Below, in pieces: positions 1-20,100 of a DNA stretch of 64,000 nucleotides. The position numbers and the translations under genes are program-made. The DNA is taken from NCBI GenBank assembly GCA_040954595.2, contig CM082592.2:6807677-6871676 (forward strand), in the 5' to 3' direction. The stretch comes from Balanoglossus misakiensis. Taxonomy: Eukaryota > Animalia > Hemichordata. Within the stretch, counting starts at the first letter, position 1; every line of letters starts with the position of its first letter. The notes beneath the pieces are model-generated. The model saw only the letters and a list, made by a program, of their open reading frames with translations. It made no database searches and was not told the origin of the DNA.

Positions 1-514
1 GCACTTCCACGACGACTTTTTGCTGTCCTCCGAGAGGTCAATCGTCAGAATCTTCCGCGCTGGAGGGGACGGAAAGAAAGTGGAGCGAAAGGATGTCTTC
101 GCCGTCGACATATCCAGCCACGTGGTGACACAGACCGGTCGCGCGGCACCTGGCAAGGACAAACAGGTGGCGTTTCCCGCCACAAGCAGCGCGTCTTGCG
201 TGGAAGTCGGTGGGATGATCTACGGTTGCCCGAAGGAGGTCAGGGGCGAACAGACGGACGGAAAATGCGATGACAAAGAAGTAGCCGACGAAACACAGCT
301 GAGAGACGCGGGAACCCAAAACGAACGAAATCCCTGGAACTTCAATCCGAAACTCGACGAACAGGTGGTTTTGCCCGATATCCCAACCCCGGAATATCGC
401 GAGATTGCGGACGGGGGCGAGTCCACGGGCGCTCACCGAAGAATTGCCGTTAAACTGTCCGTCCCCCACGACTACTTCTTGCACGACCCGACAAGCGAAG
501 AAACTGCACCTTGA
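1..514 (+). CDS. 3' terminal coding exon of an unidentified gene (runs in from the left edge)
   Basis: GC-rich open frame from the window start to TGA at 512-514 followed by an abrupt switch to AT-rich UTR-like sequence and AATAAA at ~1302; no recognisable domain. Confidence 0.5.
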   Translation, partial: HFHDDFLLSSERSIVRIFRAGGDGKKVERKDVFAVDISSHVVTQTGRAAPGKDKQVAFPATSSASCVEVGGMIYGCPKEVRGEQTDGKCDDKEVADETQLRDAGTQNERNPWNFNPKLDEQVVLPDIPTPEYREIADGGESTGAHRRIAVKLSVPHDYFLHDPTSEETAP

Positions 515-2334
515 ACTATGTCAATTCATTTGAAGAATAATTCATGACTTCTGATGAAAATATTCCTTTATGTATCCCATAACTGCCATAAAGTTCTTTG
601 GAAGCAACACTTGACCACAACGTGCTAATCTACATGACAATTCACAATTGATGTGTACTGTATGCTAAGAAAGTTGATGCTGAAATGCTGATATAGCACC
701 GAAGACTTCAGTTTGCAATGTCTTTTATTTACACAAAGGGACAATTCTTGTCCACACTTGGGACTTATAGATCGAGTTTTGCCAATTTATCTCTACTTCC
801 ATCCACAACATTGAGCTGGCCTATGCATGAACTTTACTTTCACATTTTGTACGGAAAAAAATACTATTGCAATATCTTACTTTCATTTTTATAATATGAC
901 AGTACTACAACTTAAATATACACCTCAATTTGTTTTGTGATATGATCCAACGCGGCCACCATTGGTCCATTTCATTTGCTATGCTCTGGATTTTGCCACC
1001 AAGAACAAGTTTCTGCCAAAGTTATTAGTGTATAGACAAAACAATAGAGACTTGTAGTAAGTTAGTGTTGGGTAAAAGCAATACCCTAAACATATAATGG
1101 TTTTATCTAGGATCTTTTCGTACTAGTATTCATTCATTTTAAAGAATGACTGAAAACTTTACTATAACAGAAAACTATTAGCACACTTGCTCTCTGTATT
1201 ATTTATACCTTGGGCAGTTTAGCAGGTTTTTTTTCAGCCAGTCAAGGTCTGTAAATTTTCCTCGCCAAAACATGCCACGTTGTTTTGTCCAGTTGCAGTG
1301 AAATAAACACTATGACAAATTGACCATTGTGGACAATAACTCATTTGCGTGTGGTCGCGTGCGACGACTGTCCTTCTAGAGGTCAGAGGTCACAGAGTAA
1401 GGGAAGTTGAATGCCAGCACTGTCTCTTAAATTCTTATTTATTGGTGATAAAATATGCGTTTCCGAAATTTACTCCGGAAACAGGTTCCAACGCGCGACA
1501 TACAACAGAGCCCCCATCACTGCAATTACAGTGATTGATTGATAGCTGTCAAGCAACCAGTGAAATGGTATCAGGGAGTACAGGAACAGTTTTGTCTGAT
1601 TTCCGCGACGGCCGATGATTAATTTTGCCACTCCAAGGTCTATGGCAGGATGTGGGGTAGTCTGGACTACATTCACGAGATGTAATCACTGCGCTAGTGC
1701 AGAAAGTCAATTTTTTCCAGCGCTGTACTTTGACCTGCTATTGTACGAATACATGTACAAAGGTACGTGGAAGTGAAGGCCTTCACCCCCTAACCAACAA
1801 TATTTGGGTCAACCCTATTGTTTCCCCCATAAGCTCTACGACCACTGTACTGAAAACACGGGGGTGGGCAGGGTTTGCCATCACCTGAAATGGATGAGTG
1901 AGTGTTTTTCTTGTATCTAAAGATGATTTGGGGTTGAATGATGGCAGTGTCAGTGAGGCCTAACATATCTGTCATTTCTTCCGGACTGCGATACGGACAA
2001 CAGTGAAAACCACCAGAATTTTCTGGTGGTCCTTTTGATGAGTTAACATCATCAATGATACACATCGCAGCATGACTTGTTTACTTTCTACCAATTACCC
2101 GCAAATGCGCCTATAAAACATGATTGCTCGGAAATAAAAAAGACAACATAAATGATAAAGTTGAAAGCCAGGAAAGTTGGTTCAGATGAACAGCATACCT
2201 CCCAGAGACAACACATTGTACATATTTGTTCTTTACACATCAAAAAAACATGTGTAAGAGACATTGACTAGCTTGCTGACTAGCAGTACAGAATCCAGTC
2301 TGGAAGGAAATTTTCAGTTCACCATCACTTCACT

Positions 2335-5300
2335 TCACTCAGTCTTCTCAGATTTTCCTCTGTGCTTCTGCTTCTTCCTCTTTCTCTTCTTATTCTTTTT
2401 GCCAATTTCGGGATGGACGCTGGAAAAAAGGGCAAAAAAGTGGTTTCCTCTTGTCTCTGACAACAATGGTGGCACCCCTCCTGTTACCCTTGAGCAATGA
2501 TTCAAATCTCATGCAAATATGGCCAGCTTGGCGATCGCGAAACCACAACATCAACATAACACGCATTGCCTCACAAAAACAATCGCAGTCAAGGTTGAAT
2601 GAAGCTGGTCTCTGTTTGTATTTGCAGGTGTCCCACACAGTGTGGGTATTACAGATTTTGAAAGAACATTTTCTCTACTCACTGCTCTGTCATCAGACCT
2701 CTGAGAGATGTCACAGCTGCAATGATTTCACTCGACCGACTGACCACGTCGACTTTCTCCAGTTTCATCAGCAACAGAACAAAGTCTTTCCACAAGCCAG
2801 CCTGGTCCTAAAAAAATTGTGCGAAAAATACTGTTAAAACATACAGACATACGCCGCTGATACCATAAGGTCCCATGGTATATATACATGTACCAAATGG
2901 GACCTAAAACTGTAGTACTGGTGATAATCATGAATTTATATTTTGCTAAAATGATCAGAAAAATATTTGCCCAAATGTTATCATATATTGGGCTTAAAAT
3001 GCTTTCCTTTACCTTGTTCATAGATTTTGATAGCTTGACTAACGCCTGCATCATTCTGATGACTTCCAAGGGATACTTTGGTTTTGATTTGTTCTCGGGC
3101 TTGTTCTCAGACACCTCTTGCAAGATCTCTTTGCTGACGTCACAGAGACCTGTGAAGAACTCCTCCCAAGTGCACACAGTTTCCTGTGAACAGAACAAAG
3201 TTTGAGATATTATAGATACGAGTTGCAGTTCTATGGACCCATGCATATTATTATGGTACTAATGTGGCAAATAGTACAGATTAAGCATATGAAACTTACT
3301 TTAAAATTTGACTTTCCCATCAGTGTTGTCAACATCTTGCAAGCCTGTGTCTGTGAAGAAAAAGACAAATACAATTTATGTACATGTTAAATGCACAGGG
3401 ACTGTGACAAAGTGGCCACTACATAGAGGTGCCCACTAACACAGATTTGACAGTACATACACATACCCTTACAAAAGATTCAATAGACATCATGGCACTG
3501 GTCAACAAAAATCCCTTACCTTTCTATAAAGTTGGACGCCGTCTTTCACATATTTGACCAACAAGTCTGCCAGACACCAGCCAAGTTCCTGAAAAAGCAG
3601 TCACCAACAGAAATATCAAATATTGGTAATTGCAAGAATATTTCATGTATATAATACTTCACCACTATGCTAATGCATGTGAGGTTGTTTTAGTGATGTA
3701 CATGTAGGTAGGTTTCTACGGAGATGGTTATGGCTATGGACCAATATACATTTCTTTCAGGTGAAAAATACTGGGGAGAAACAGAAAGCTTACCGGCAGT
3801 CTCTCTATAAGTTCTGTAAACAGCAAAGGATGCAGATGACTCTCTCTCCGAGACAGAAAATCTTTCAGCGCGTCTCTATACAGTTCGCTGACTTTTGCAA
3901 CATCTAACAGTCCCTGATGAGACCGAGCTTCATCATCTATGGCACCTTTTGATTTTCTCTTCTTCTTAGATTTACTGGCTGGAGTGGATTCTGTCGGGGC
4001 AACATTGCCTCTTAATACTCGAACCTGTTGAAGATAAATCGCACATGAATTGTTGTGTTACTTTTGTATTATTGTGACTTCAGAGAATAGATGACATCAT
4101 TTTCAGATCTACCCCTACAGTGACAGACAGTGGTTCAGCCCTATGGCTAAGAATTGCATGGAAAAATCCAAATACAGGTGCAAGGGGTGAGGATTTACGG
4201 CCATTAATGATATGTCCCTGTCAAGCAGTTATACACTTCGGAGATTAGAAACCCTTGGCATTCATGTATCTGAGATGAAGCAATTGCTACTTACAAGGAA
4301 CAGACATCCGGATGAAGCTAGAGATACCATGTGCACTGATGTGGCTGAAACAGACACAATGAAACTAGTTATGACGCACCCTGTGTCATCTTTGTAGAAT
4401 TTGAATTCATGCTTTCACATTTATGGTCACTCAATTATTTCATATAACGGAGCATAAAATTTGTTTCTTCTTGTAATATATGTTACTTCCAACTTACCTT
4501 TATGTGCAAATTTGAATAAATCTTCCAACACTTGGTGTAAATGATCACGTTCATCTTGGATGTCATGCGGATACTGAAAGGCGAGAATTACAAAAAAAAG
4601 ACTGAACTTTCTTGATTCGAAGTATGCATATCTGACACTCCATTATGGTAGTGTCAGTTACTATACATAACAATTACTCCTATAATGAGCCTTAAACAAG
4701 ATTTTACCTTCCTCATTCTGCATAATTTATTTTTGTAGAGTGTAGAGGCTTTTTCGGCCAGCAATTTTCCTTCCTTGTAGTGGGATGCCGACTGAATGGT
4801 CAACAACAGAGGATGCAGCAATTCCTGTCCGAGATAGAGAAAAGAATTATCATGAAATCCCGACTTTCTTTGTCACCTATGATGCTTTTTGTGAAGTCAC
4901 ACCATTTTGAGTATATTAGTACATGAGATGACATGGTTGCTATGCTTACCAGTACAAGTGGGTTTGTTGGTTGTTTCTTGATAAATATATCAAGCATGTC
5001 CAATACCCTGTAAACAATTATCAAAATAAAATTTAATTAGTTTAAGAGTATTAAATTGCACTAAAATTAAAAGTTAAGCTTCCTCATGTATTATAATTCA
5101 CTAGAGCTTACACATTCAAAATCATTAACATCTGCTAAAATGAAAATCACAGATATTAATTCTTGGCTCTGTCGTACCTCAGTTTGAAATGAACCATCAT
5201 GGTTTTGGCTTCAGCCTTTTGTTTCCTTCTTGTGGCTCTCTCTCGCAGCATACTGGCCAGAAGTTCGTCTCGTTTGAACATTTCGCTGTCGCTGACCTCG

Positions 5301-8300
5301 TCCTCTTCATCCGAGCCTGAACCGCTTTCCTGACAAATGAAATTAGTACAATGCATTAAAATCATTCAAGGTCATAGGTCATAAATCATTATCTCATGTA
5401 TTCCTTTCTCAGTGCTCATTTGGATTTTTTTCACTCATTCAGCAAAAAACCAACCTCGTCTGCATTAACACCCAGCGTCTCCATCATCTTCTTTCTGAAT
5501 TCCTCGTCAAGCAGATCATTTTCTGCATCTTCTTCCTCTTCTTCATCATCATCATCATCATCATCGTTGTCATCGTCATCTTCACTGCCTTCTTCTTCTT
5601 CATCACTGCCCTCACCGTCCCCACCATCCTCATCACCATGGTGACCGTTCATCAGCTGCTCCTCATCTTCATCGTCACCCTCTTCATCGCCTTCCTCCTC
5701 CGAGTCAGATTCACCTTCACCTCTGACCTCTAGAGTGCCCTCTCCAGCCTTGGATTTACTGGGATCCAGAACCTGTCCGCAGAAACATCACATCCAGCAA
5801 TTAGAAAATGAATCCATTAATTTCTGAAATCATGTGTATGAGATAACATGATGTAACCATAAGGAGATAAAATATTTGTCAACCCTAGGAATCTAAAGGG
5901 TGGGTTTAACCCTTTTACCACCATGGTTAAGTCCACACCCACTGTTTTCTATGGTAAGGTTGGACCTCCAAAAGAGGGAACTGGGGGTGACAGGGTCAAG
6001 CTATTTTCCAAAATGGGAGTCAGCTGCTTCAACAACACTTACATCAAGCAGCAACTGCAAGGCATTCTTAGTGAGATGAGGACAGATGATTTTAAAGACG
6101 ATGTCGACGACAACTCTGAGCAAATGCGACTGCTGCGACAGCAAGCTGAGAAGAATCTCCGTGACGACCTCTATCCATTCTGGTTCCTCATCCTCCTCTT
6201 CCTCATCTGCTTGTTTCTTTCTCAGCGACTTGCGTTTCTGCAACGCTCTGTCTTGACAACTCTGTAGATCCTGCAGAATCATTACAAATTTTACGAAAAA
6301 AATATGATGAGAAGGTTGTTTTCTTACCATGCACTAATTTTGCATTTATTCTCAGATGAAAATATCGAGTAATTATGAATCTGAGTGCAGCAAACGCAAC
6401 CTGGCGACCTTCTCCCCGTTTTCAGGATTGGAATCGTTTTCAAATAGCCAACCTGTCACACCGCCTGTCTACTGAACAATACTGCTTTAACCCTCACCTC
6501 TAGAATTTCAACTGCTTGTTTCGGTTCCCGGAACAGCTGAAGACCGGTGTGCAAGTACAACAGCTGGAATGCGCAGCCCTCGGACGACGTCTTGCCCTTG
6601 GCGCTTTTCTTGTGGATCTTGTCGACTGCAGCCAGCATCCTGTTCCATGATTCCACTGTCTGAAGCACAAGAGAAGGTGAGGAACATTAATCACAGTGAA
6701 ACCTGATGCAAAGATTTCATTTGAATCAATCCAGTGGGGATTTCATTTTTCATTTCAAAATGTTACAAGATGTCTTCTGTTACTTACTTCCTCGCTCAAT
6801 TCAGTCGCTAGATGGCAGTGTTCGTTCGTCAGTAACTCCTGGATGTACATCACAATCTCGTAAACGTAGAGCTGTCCTTCACTGGTCGTACCCATGTGCC
6901 TTGCGTGCCTGCCTGCTCTCTGGGATTCTGAAACTTGACAGGTGAACAGATGTGATCAATGATAATGTTGACGTTAGACTGACTGCGCTCCCATTGGCTG
7001 CTAGGCAGGTGCGACTTGGATACCACAAATATATCAGTAGAGTGGGGCATGGCTGTTCTGTGTGGGGCAACTTGAAGTGAATTTCACAATCACTTGTCAC
7101 CAGAACTACATTCTGTCAATCACTACATTCTCAAAGTATCACATATGACAACTTGATGGTTTTCTTACCAGGAGTTGCTATATTGGATAAGACATTCAAA
7201 GCGCTGAAGAAATACTGCGACAGCTGCGTTCGGACCGACTCCGAGACTGGCTCATTCAGGACAACTTGACACTGAAAGTAAAGACACAGGAAGATTGATG
7301 AGTCAGAGTCCATGGACAATATACAAAAGTCTTATAGGGACATAACTTTTTATAATGAGTTATTTGTAACACAAACCTCGGGTATTCTGTCGTCTGCTTC
7401 CATGATTGTGAAGAACGCATGCAGGAACATGAACCTTGTGCACTCCAGCAGCCAATCGTCTTGTCTGGGGAGGATGGCATGACGAACCAAGTACAACAGC
7501 TGAGCGAGGGAAAAAGAGATGAGAGTGTTATATGGGTGAAAAGCGGAACTGGCACCCATCATGGTACATGTAAAAACAAAACACGTTTTTCTACTGGTTT
7601 TCACAAGGATTTTTATCACATAGACACTGAAGATCATCCATATACTATACGGCATCTTACCTGGCCACACGCCCATTTTCTGTCAGCATCAATATTGTCT
7701 GATTTTCCTCTTGACTCTGGTGCTCCTTCATTGAATGTGGATTTCAGCCACGAAATGTACAACTGGATGCCCTCCAAATTGAGACCGTTGACCAGACTCG
7801 TGATAGTTTTACTCTTGGTGACGTTATCAAAATTAATTCCGCCTTTGTTCAGAAGTGCCGTCAGGATAGCCATCTGTTTCTCCCCGCTCTGGAAGTCCTT
7901 CATCTGTGCCGACAGATTTTCAACCTAACAGAAAGAAAATACGAGCCATTGGAGATTGTGATACACCTTTTTAATTTAACTCCCTAGTTGTTGGGTTAAT
8001 TTGTGGTAGAGTTTGGTCCCTGTAACCAACAAGTCCCACACCCCCTTTAACAATTTATGTCTCTAAACCTGTAAACTCAATACTGGTATTACCCCCTCAT
8101 GAGGTCACAGGCCACCAGGGGGTCAAGGTTCAAAGGGTGTCGATGACTCACCAACTGTTTGGCTGCTTCGTGAAGCGCACTGTGCTTGTTCGCCAGGTGG
8201 TTCATGACGCAGCGCACCAGTTTATCGCTGAACAGGCAGCCCACCGCCTCGGCTCCCACCAGCGGCAGCGTCTTCTCCAGAAGCTTGAACGCCAGGAACT

Positions 8301-10131
8301 TCCTCTCGTGTGTGGAGGCACACAGCGTCGTGTCGACCGCCTGCAGCCAGAAGCTCTCCAGTTTGGCGGGGTCCTTGACGAGCTGCGACAGCACTGCATC
8401 GCAGACGGTGTGCACGTTGGGATGTGAATTGATGGTTGTTTCCTGGTGGAAAAGAAGCGATCAAAATGTGAATGTCGTTTCTGCACAGAAATGACTACTT
8501 CAGAGAGCAGAGAAAGTTCAACTGTTACCCAGAAGATGATTTTGAACCAAAAATTGAGAGACGGTAAAATAAGGCATTTTTCTACTTTTAGCAAGAAATG
8601 TTTAATGTGTATCTTATTGTCTATCCCCCCAAAAAAACCAACAACACATCAACAACAAAAAACAGACAAGTTTATACTTACTGCTAAAATCTGGGCTATT
8701 TGAGAGAAGTTATCTTGATGTAACAGGTCTTTGCACGACCAATGACTTTTCAGGAACTTGGACTTGACAACATCCTGGACAAGAAGGAAAGAAGAATCCA
8801 AAACTTTAGTTTAGGGATAACAGTTCCTCTATTCTATATTCACTGAGCATAATAACCCTGTTTTGAATCAATGACTGCAAGTGAACTTATACTAGCAGCG
8901 GATAACTTCAATGTTCGTCATTTATTACCTGGTACAGTGAAACCTGGCAAAACCGACCCCTGGGTAAACCGACTTCCTGTGAAAATCGACCGATCTGTTT
9001 AGTCCCGAAAATTTCCCATTGACGCCAATGGTAAAAGTCACTCTGAATACCGACCACTGTCTACTTCGAACACCGACCGCGTTGGTCGGTCCCACCCCTC
9101 AAATTCAACCTGAATAGACCGACCGATCACTTAATTGTAAAGGTTGAAATCATGTCTTTGATCAAAAATTACCGCAACGATGTGCTAATTTTGGTTTTCC
9201 TGTCTTCCGAACAATAGTCAAAGCGACGGTTTGTCAACACTTCGTTAGCTATTTACTGATAAGCCTTCCTGGTGGCGAGGTGTGAATCTCTTTTTGTAAA
9301 CAATACAGTGTACAACCAACAGTGCGGCCACGCAGTGTTGACAAGAGCGGCGATTTATCAAACAGTACTGCAGAAGCGATGTTTCCTAAACAATCATCTC
9401 TCGACAGTTTTATGAAGAAAAAATAGACTGGATGTTGTTTACGACAACTTATCAGTAGTTTCCAGGAAATCACTTGCCCAACATTCTGCCGATGCGATCG
9501 TAACAATACCGTGTACGTCTTCCTGTTTACCCACTCAGCCCGCGTACGAACTTGAATTTACTTTTTTTATTTTTAGCAATTTTCAGAAATTACACTGTAT
9601 AGAAGTTTTTTTAATAACCTTTTATTTGAAATATACATGAATGTACAACGTGTACATATCGTGCGTGTGTCTGCTGTGCACTGTGTGTATGAGATCGGGG
9701 TCAAAGGGTTCATGGGGAGGGGGAAGCCACGCCCACTCTGAGTAAACCGACCCACTGTGAAAACCGACCAGAATGTGTGGTCCGAGGTGAGGTCGGTTTT
9801 GCCAGGTTTCACTGTATATAATTTTTCTTACAAGAGAATGGATGATATTACATGTATAACATACTCACTGGAAATTGACTATGACAGGCAAAGATTAGAA
9901 GAAGTCTTTGAGGAGTGCAGTTCTCCCAACCTTCCTTCAATTCTTTTTTGAAGACTGGCCATATGTAGGTTTTGAATAGTTCATCATTACACTGAAAAAA
10001 AGATACAAACGTTACATTATATTACAAATATCATATCATAGCTAAGCTTAGATAAATTATTGCACGAATATCAACAGATAAGTTTGCTTTCATTTAATGT
10101 TTCATGTAAGGCACACAGGCATATGTGTGTG

Positions 10132-10165
<34 letters not shown>

Positions 10166-11545
10166 AACAAACAATCACATTGCAACTGTACTCTACCTGA
10201 GTTATAATGTCCACTATTGCTTGGGTACATATGTCTTGCAGATAGCCTTTCCTCTGGCTGAGTTTAAACAGTTCTGTTGTTACTTTCTCCAAGCAATCTT
10301 CTGGAGTCTTTAGTTTGTTTGGTGAAGGAAAAGAAAATATGTATGGTAAATCATGAATCAGTCTTACACTCTGGTATAGATAATTTTTTTTGGTTTTGCA
10401 GTTTCTTGTTTCAATCTCTGAAATACCCAGTACCTGAACTTACCTTTAGTAATCTACCTGACTGGGCAATAGCTATGTAGGCAAATATCTGACCAAAGAC
10501 ACACCCCTTTTGTTCCTGAAATAAAACAGATTGCAAGATGATATTATCATCACATACAGCTGTTGAAGTTTCTGGAGTGGACAATATCAACATATTTTCA
10601 AATTTGTTATCATGACATCAGTGTTACTCTGATTGAAATGTGTTTCAACATACCTGTTTATTTCCTTTGATTTCCAGGTTTTTATCAATGAGATCGAAAA
10701 CATCTTCGATTTTGACTGCGTTAATGCAATTCAGAATCTGTTAGGGAAACAGAAATGTACAGAACAATTAATGAACCCACTGGGCCAGAACCCAAATGAA
10801 AACAAAAAGTTTCAAGTGACTGACAGATTCTTGTTATATTCATTTGCAGTTATGAAGGTTTCATCAAACATTCTCTGTGGGTGTTACTGAGAGTTGTAAA
10901 TCAAATAAAATTGTACAGAAAAGCAATACATTTCTGTGATGTTTACCTCAGACAATGCAGTGGCATATCCTTGCCTGGCACCTTTCCTTGATGAAGCCAA
11001 TCCTTTGATCAATCTGGACAGAGTGTAGGATAATTCCTTGCAGTAATCTTCTCCGTCCTGTGGTATAAACAGGGAAATTAGCCAGTCACTTTGACCAGTA
11101 AAAATAATAGAATTTACCAGTATCGTCTGAATGAATGAGTGACTGACTGATTGAATGAATGAATGAGTGAGTGAGTGAGTGAGTGAATGAATGAATTGGG
11201 ACTGGCCTCCCATCATTACTTCACATTCACATCTTAGTCTGATGACATTGACAGCACCAAAATTGCCTTGTATCACGTGCTGGACCACCTGTCCCGTTTC
11301 TCGCAATGTGTTTGCCACATTTCAAGATGTTGCTACAGTGTTGCGAAACAACGAGGGCCCCCAAAGCCATCATGCACGCTAGCCCCATATTGTGAATTTA
11401 AACGTACCGTTTGTTCTGATTCGTTTTCATGTTCACCCTGCTTTGTCACAACGATGTGTAGCAGTTTCACAGCCCCTGTGATCCTTTTCTCGTCCAGGGG
11501 ATCAGCAAGATCCCAGAAGGTATTTAAAAGTTGTTGATCCTGCAT
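2335..11545 (-). CDS. MYBBP1A: Myb-binding protein 1A (Pol5/DNA pol phi family nucleolar protein), multi-exon
   Basis: Spliced exons give MQDQQLLNTFWDLADP (11545), YTLSRLIKGLASSRKGARQGYATALSE (~10946-11058), FWLQAVDTTLCASTHERKFLAFKLL (~8151-8440), EPEWIEVVTEILLSLLSQQSHLLR (~6040-6270), an acidic D/E tract (5450-5770) and a Lys-rich C-terminal tail ending ...GKSEKTE* at 2335; GT-AG boundaries. Start codon could lie in a further upstream exon. Confidence 0.92.
5906..5999. mobile_element. ~95-bp TTAA/CCCTT..AGGG piggyBac-like MITE, copy 1
   Basis: TTAACCCTTTTACCACCATGG...GGAACTGGGGGTGACAGGGTCAA; homologous to inverted copy at 16329-16421. Confidence 0.6.
8935..9814. mobile_element. Tc1/mariner/pogo-like MITE, 880 bp, in a MYBBP1A intron
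   Basis: Perfect 24-bp TIRs CAGTGAAACCTGGCAAAACCGACC (8935-8958; reverse complement 9791-9814), TA on both sides, internal repeated ACCGAC motifs, no transposase ORF. Confidence 0.88.
10140..10165. repeat. (CA)n microsatellite
   Basis: Uninterrupted CA run in MYBBP1A intron. Confidence 0.9.
11127..11196. repeat. (TGAA/TGAG)n tetranucleotide microsatellite in MYBBP1A intron
   Basis: Visible TGAATGAATGAGTGACTGACTGA...GAGTGAGTGAATGAATG run. Confidence 0.85.
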
Positions 11546-11979
11546 GCTGTTCGCCACCCAACCACAACGTGCTCTCAATCAAGACACCCTAACTTGTTAA
11601 TTCATTTCAAAGACTACTAAGTTAGAGGGTCCTATGGTTGTTTGTGAAAACATTCCTCTTGCTTGTCAACAAATCAACGGAAGTCGGCTTCAGACACCTG
11701 GTAACGGTTGCTACGAAAACGACGGCATTACCCTCCAAAATGGTGTCTCATGGTTCTGAAGAGAAATATTGACATTCAAGAAAGGTTTGTAGATATTTTT
11801 CAATCAAAAAGCTATTCAGGCTAGACGTCAAAACGAGAGACGTGAGAAATTGAAAAGGCCAGATCAGGTTGTCAACTGATCGATCAAGATCGCATATAAC
11901 TTGAAATCAAAGTATTTTACAGTACTAAGATAGGTAAATAATGTAACTTGTCGTCTTGTACTTTTTTCCCACGGTAGGA
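11546..11979. promoter_or_regulatory. probable bidirectional promoter MYBBP1A/SANBR
   Basis: ~435 bp between divergent ATGs; ETS-type CGGAAGT (11678-11684), YY1-like CAAAATGGTG (11736-11745), X-box-like GTTGCTACGAAAAC (11707-11720). Confidence 0.6.
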
Positions 11980-17998
<6,019 letters not shown>

Positions 17999-18934
17999 AG
18001 ATTATACAGTGCAGTGAGTTTGGCATCATAACATGGACTGCTTTTGTGTGATGTGATTTCAGTCTTTACAATATTAGCCTCGTGTGTCGCGTTACTCAGC
18101 CCCAAGTTTCCATCAATCACTGAATCCCAAGATTTTTTATTTGTGCACCAAATAAAGGTATTTATCATATTGATCAAGCTTGTGCATTTCGTTTTAAAAT
18201 ATATTGGTGATTCGTTTTTAATACATTGAATGACTATTTATTGAATGTACATGCATCTCAAAATGGGACACTTTCTCACTGAAGTTTTATGTGTTTTTTT
18301 GACAATAATTTCAATTTACTAAAATTTAAAACAAGTACCAATATCTGGTTATGTAAAGTTTCATTTGTTATGTAACACTTTTCACGTTTTTTGTTAAATT
18401 AATTGCACAATAAAAGCACATTTTTGAAATTGAAATTTTTTATTAAAATGGTTCAAAACAAAGGTCTTCCAATATTTACTAAATACCAAAGCTGGGTCAA
18501 AAAAGTTGCCGTAAGCTAATTTAAAGTACAGTACACAAAGTTTTTTTCCAATTGTTCCATCACATGGAGAAACGGCATTTCCCAAATCACAGTAAACTTA
18601 AAATGAGGACATGGCAGATGACTACCAGTGCATATAGCTCCTTCCCCATCCATGTTTTTCTGCATTCACAGAGCGCAATAAAACAAGTGGTTTACAGATC
18701 TCAAGTCTGGTATAGAAATCTGTCTCCCCCAAAAAGTCATCCATCTATTACAAGTAGTTGTGAAAGGTCTCTTGTAGTAGGCCTGGCACGATCTTGAGTA
18801 TCCCAAGCGTTGTTTCTATTAATGTACATTAAAATGTCTGGGCAGTTGTCAAATTGTCCTGTATCGCCGATGTTATGGCTGAACAGTCAAGCAGTCGTGT
18901 CTTGATTCTCAACCGACAGGTAAAATTAATTACG

Positions 18935-19590
18935 CTATTTCCTCCTCTGGAATATGTTTCCCCTACCCCTGCCTTGTCCTCTTCCTCTGGCGGCGGCTGT
19001 CAGGGAAGAAAATAAGAAAGTTTAAATGAATACCAGTCATACAATCATGTAAAACTTATTCCACTTGAACAATCTTGAACCCTCGATTGAGGGCGCTTTT
19101 CACTACAATACTTACTCAACGAGAGGGGACGCGGAACTAACCGACCAAAACATTTGTTTTAGACCAGCTAACGCAACGAAATGCATTCCCTTAACTAATT
19201 ATGAGGTATCGACCGTTTTAAGAATAACGTTTACAAATCCAGCACACTCAATATTCCAAAAAGCAATGCCAAACACATACCTTGAGCTTTGAGAAGGGCC
19301 GACTTTCCGCGACCCGCCGTGCCTTTTGTTCCGGCCTTCTTAAACATAGGTGCATTTTTCAGCATGTCTGGCAAAATCAAAAACCGAATCTTACTCCCGC
19401 GTATGTAGACATGCTCCAGCTGCGCTATTCTGCCGTCTCTGTGTGTTACTGTGATGTTTGCCATCTGACAGTTCATGTTGTCTTCAGCCTCAATGAGCTT
19501 ACCCCGGTACACTTCACCTGTGCTGGTTTCACATGTGATTATGTGACCTTCTGCTTCGTGCAACACCTTAATCGGCACTCCAATAGACAT
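18935..19590 (-). CDS. SNRPD3: small nuclear ribonucleoprotein Sm D3
   Basis: [21 protein letters not shown]...[22 protein letters not shown] in exon 19590-19281; GT-AG intron; exon 18996-18935 encodes the RG tail [20 protein letters not shown]. Confidence 0.98.
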
Positions 19591-20100
19591 GTTTAGTTCT
19601 TGTTGTGCGACAAAACCTTAAATTATGGAGGATCGCACAAAAAACAAGCGGATGCTGGAGGATTTCGTACAGATCTGGTCCACAATCAACGAGGATAACA
19701 TCCACTAACGCGGTACGTTGTTTATACGTAGTTTGTTTGTTCGTTACATGTTTTCTCGAATGATTCTCCGTCCCTCTAGAGGCCATTTTTGACCATGACA
19801 CTATACTATGACAGGTGTAGTCCCGACTAAAACACCGGGTTTAAACCAACGGCACTCACAGGTGAACCGCAACGGTATTGTTAGTTTACATCATTTGAGA
19901 AGAAGTTGGAGTGTTTGAATTTTGTTGTAAACTCGTCAACACATTATAGTATAACATGGGCCTAGAATGACTGAAGTTTTGATCGCCAACCTATGAGGCC
20001 TAACACCAGGCAAGACTGATTAGTGATTGGATGTTTGGATCGACCACCTGTTGCACAGGACCACCGTAGGACCTTTTAATGAACTCCAAGTCCACGAAGT
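19591..20100. promoter_or_regulatory. probable bidirectional promoter SNRPD3/GUCD1
   Basis: ~510 bp between divergent ATGs; YY1-type GGCCATTTT (19781-19789) and ACTACA-type motif TGTAGTCCC (19816-19824). Confidence 0.6.

Noticed and set aside
5396-5644. Ser-rich plus-strand ORF
   Set aside because: Antisense of the MYBBP1A acidic D/E tract
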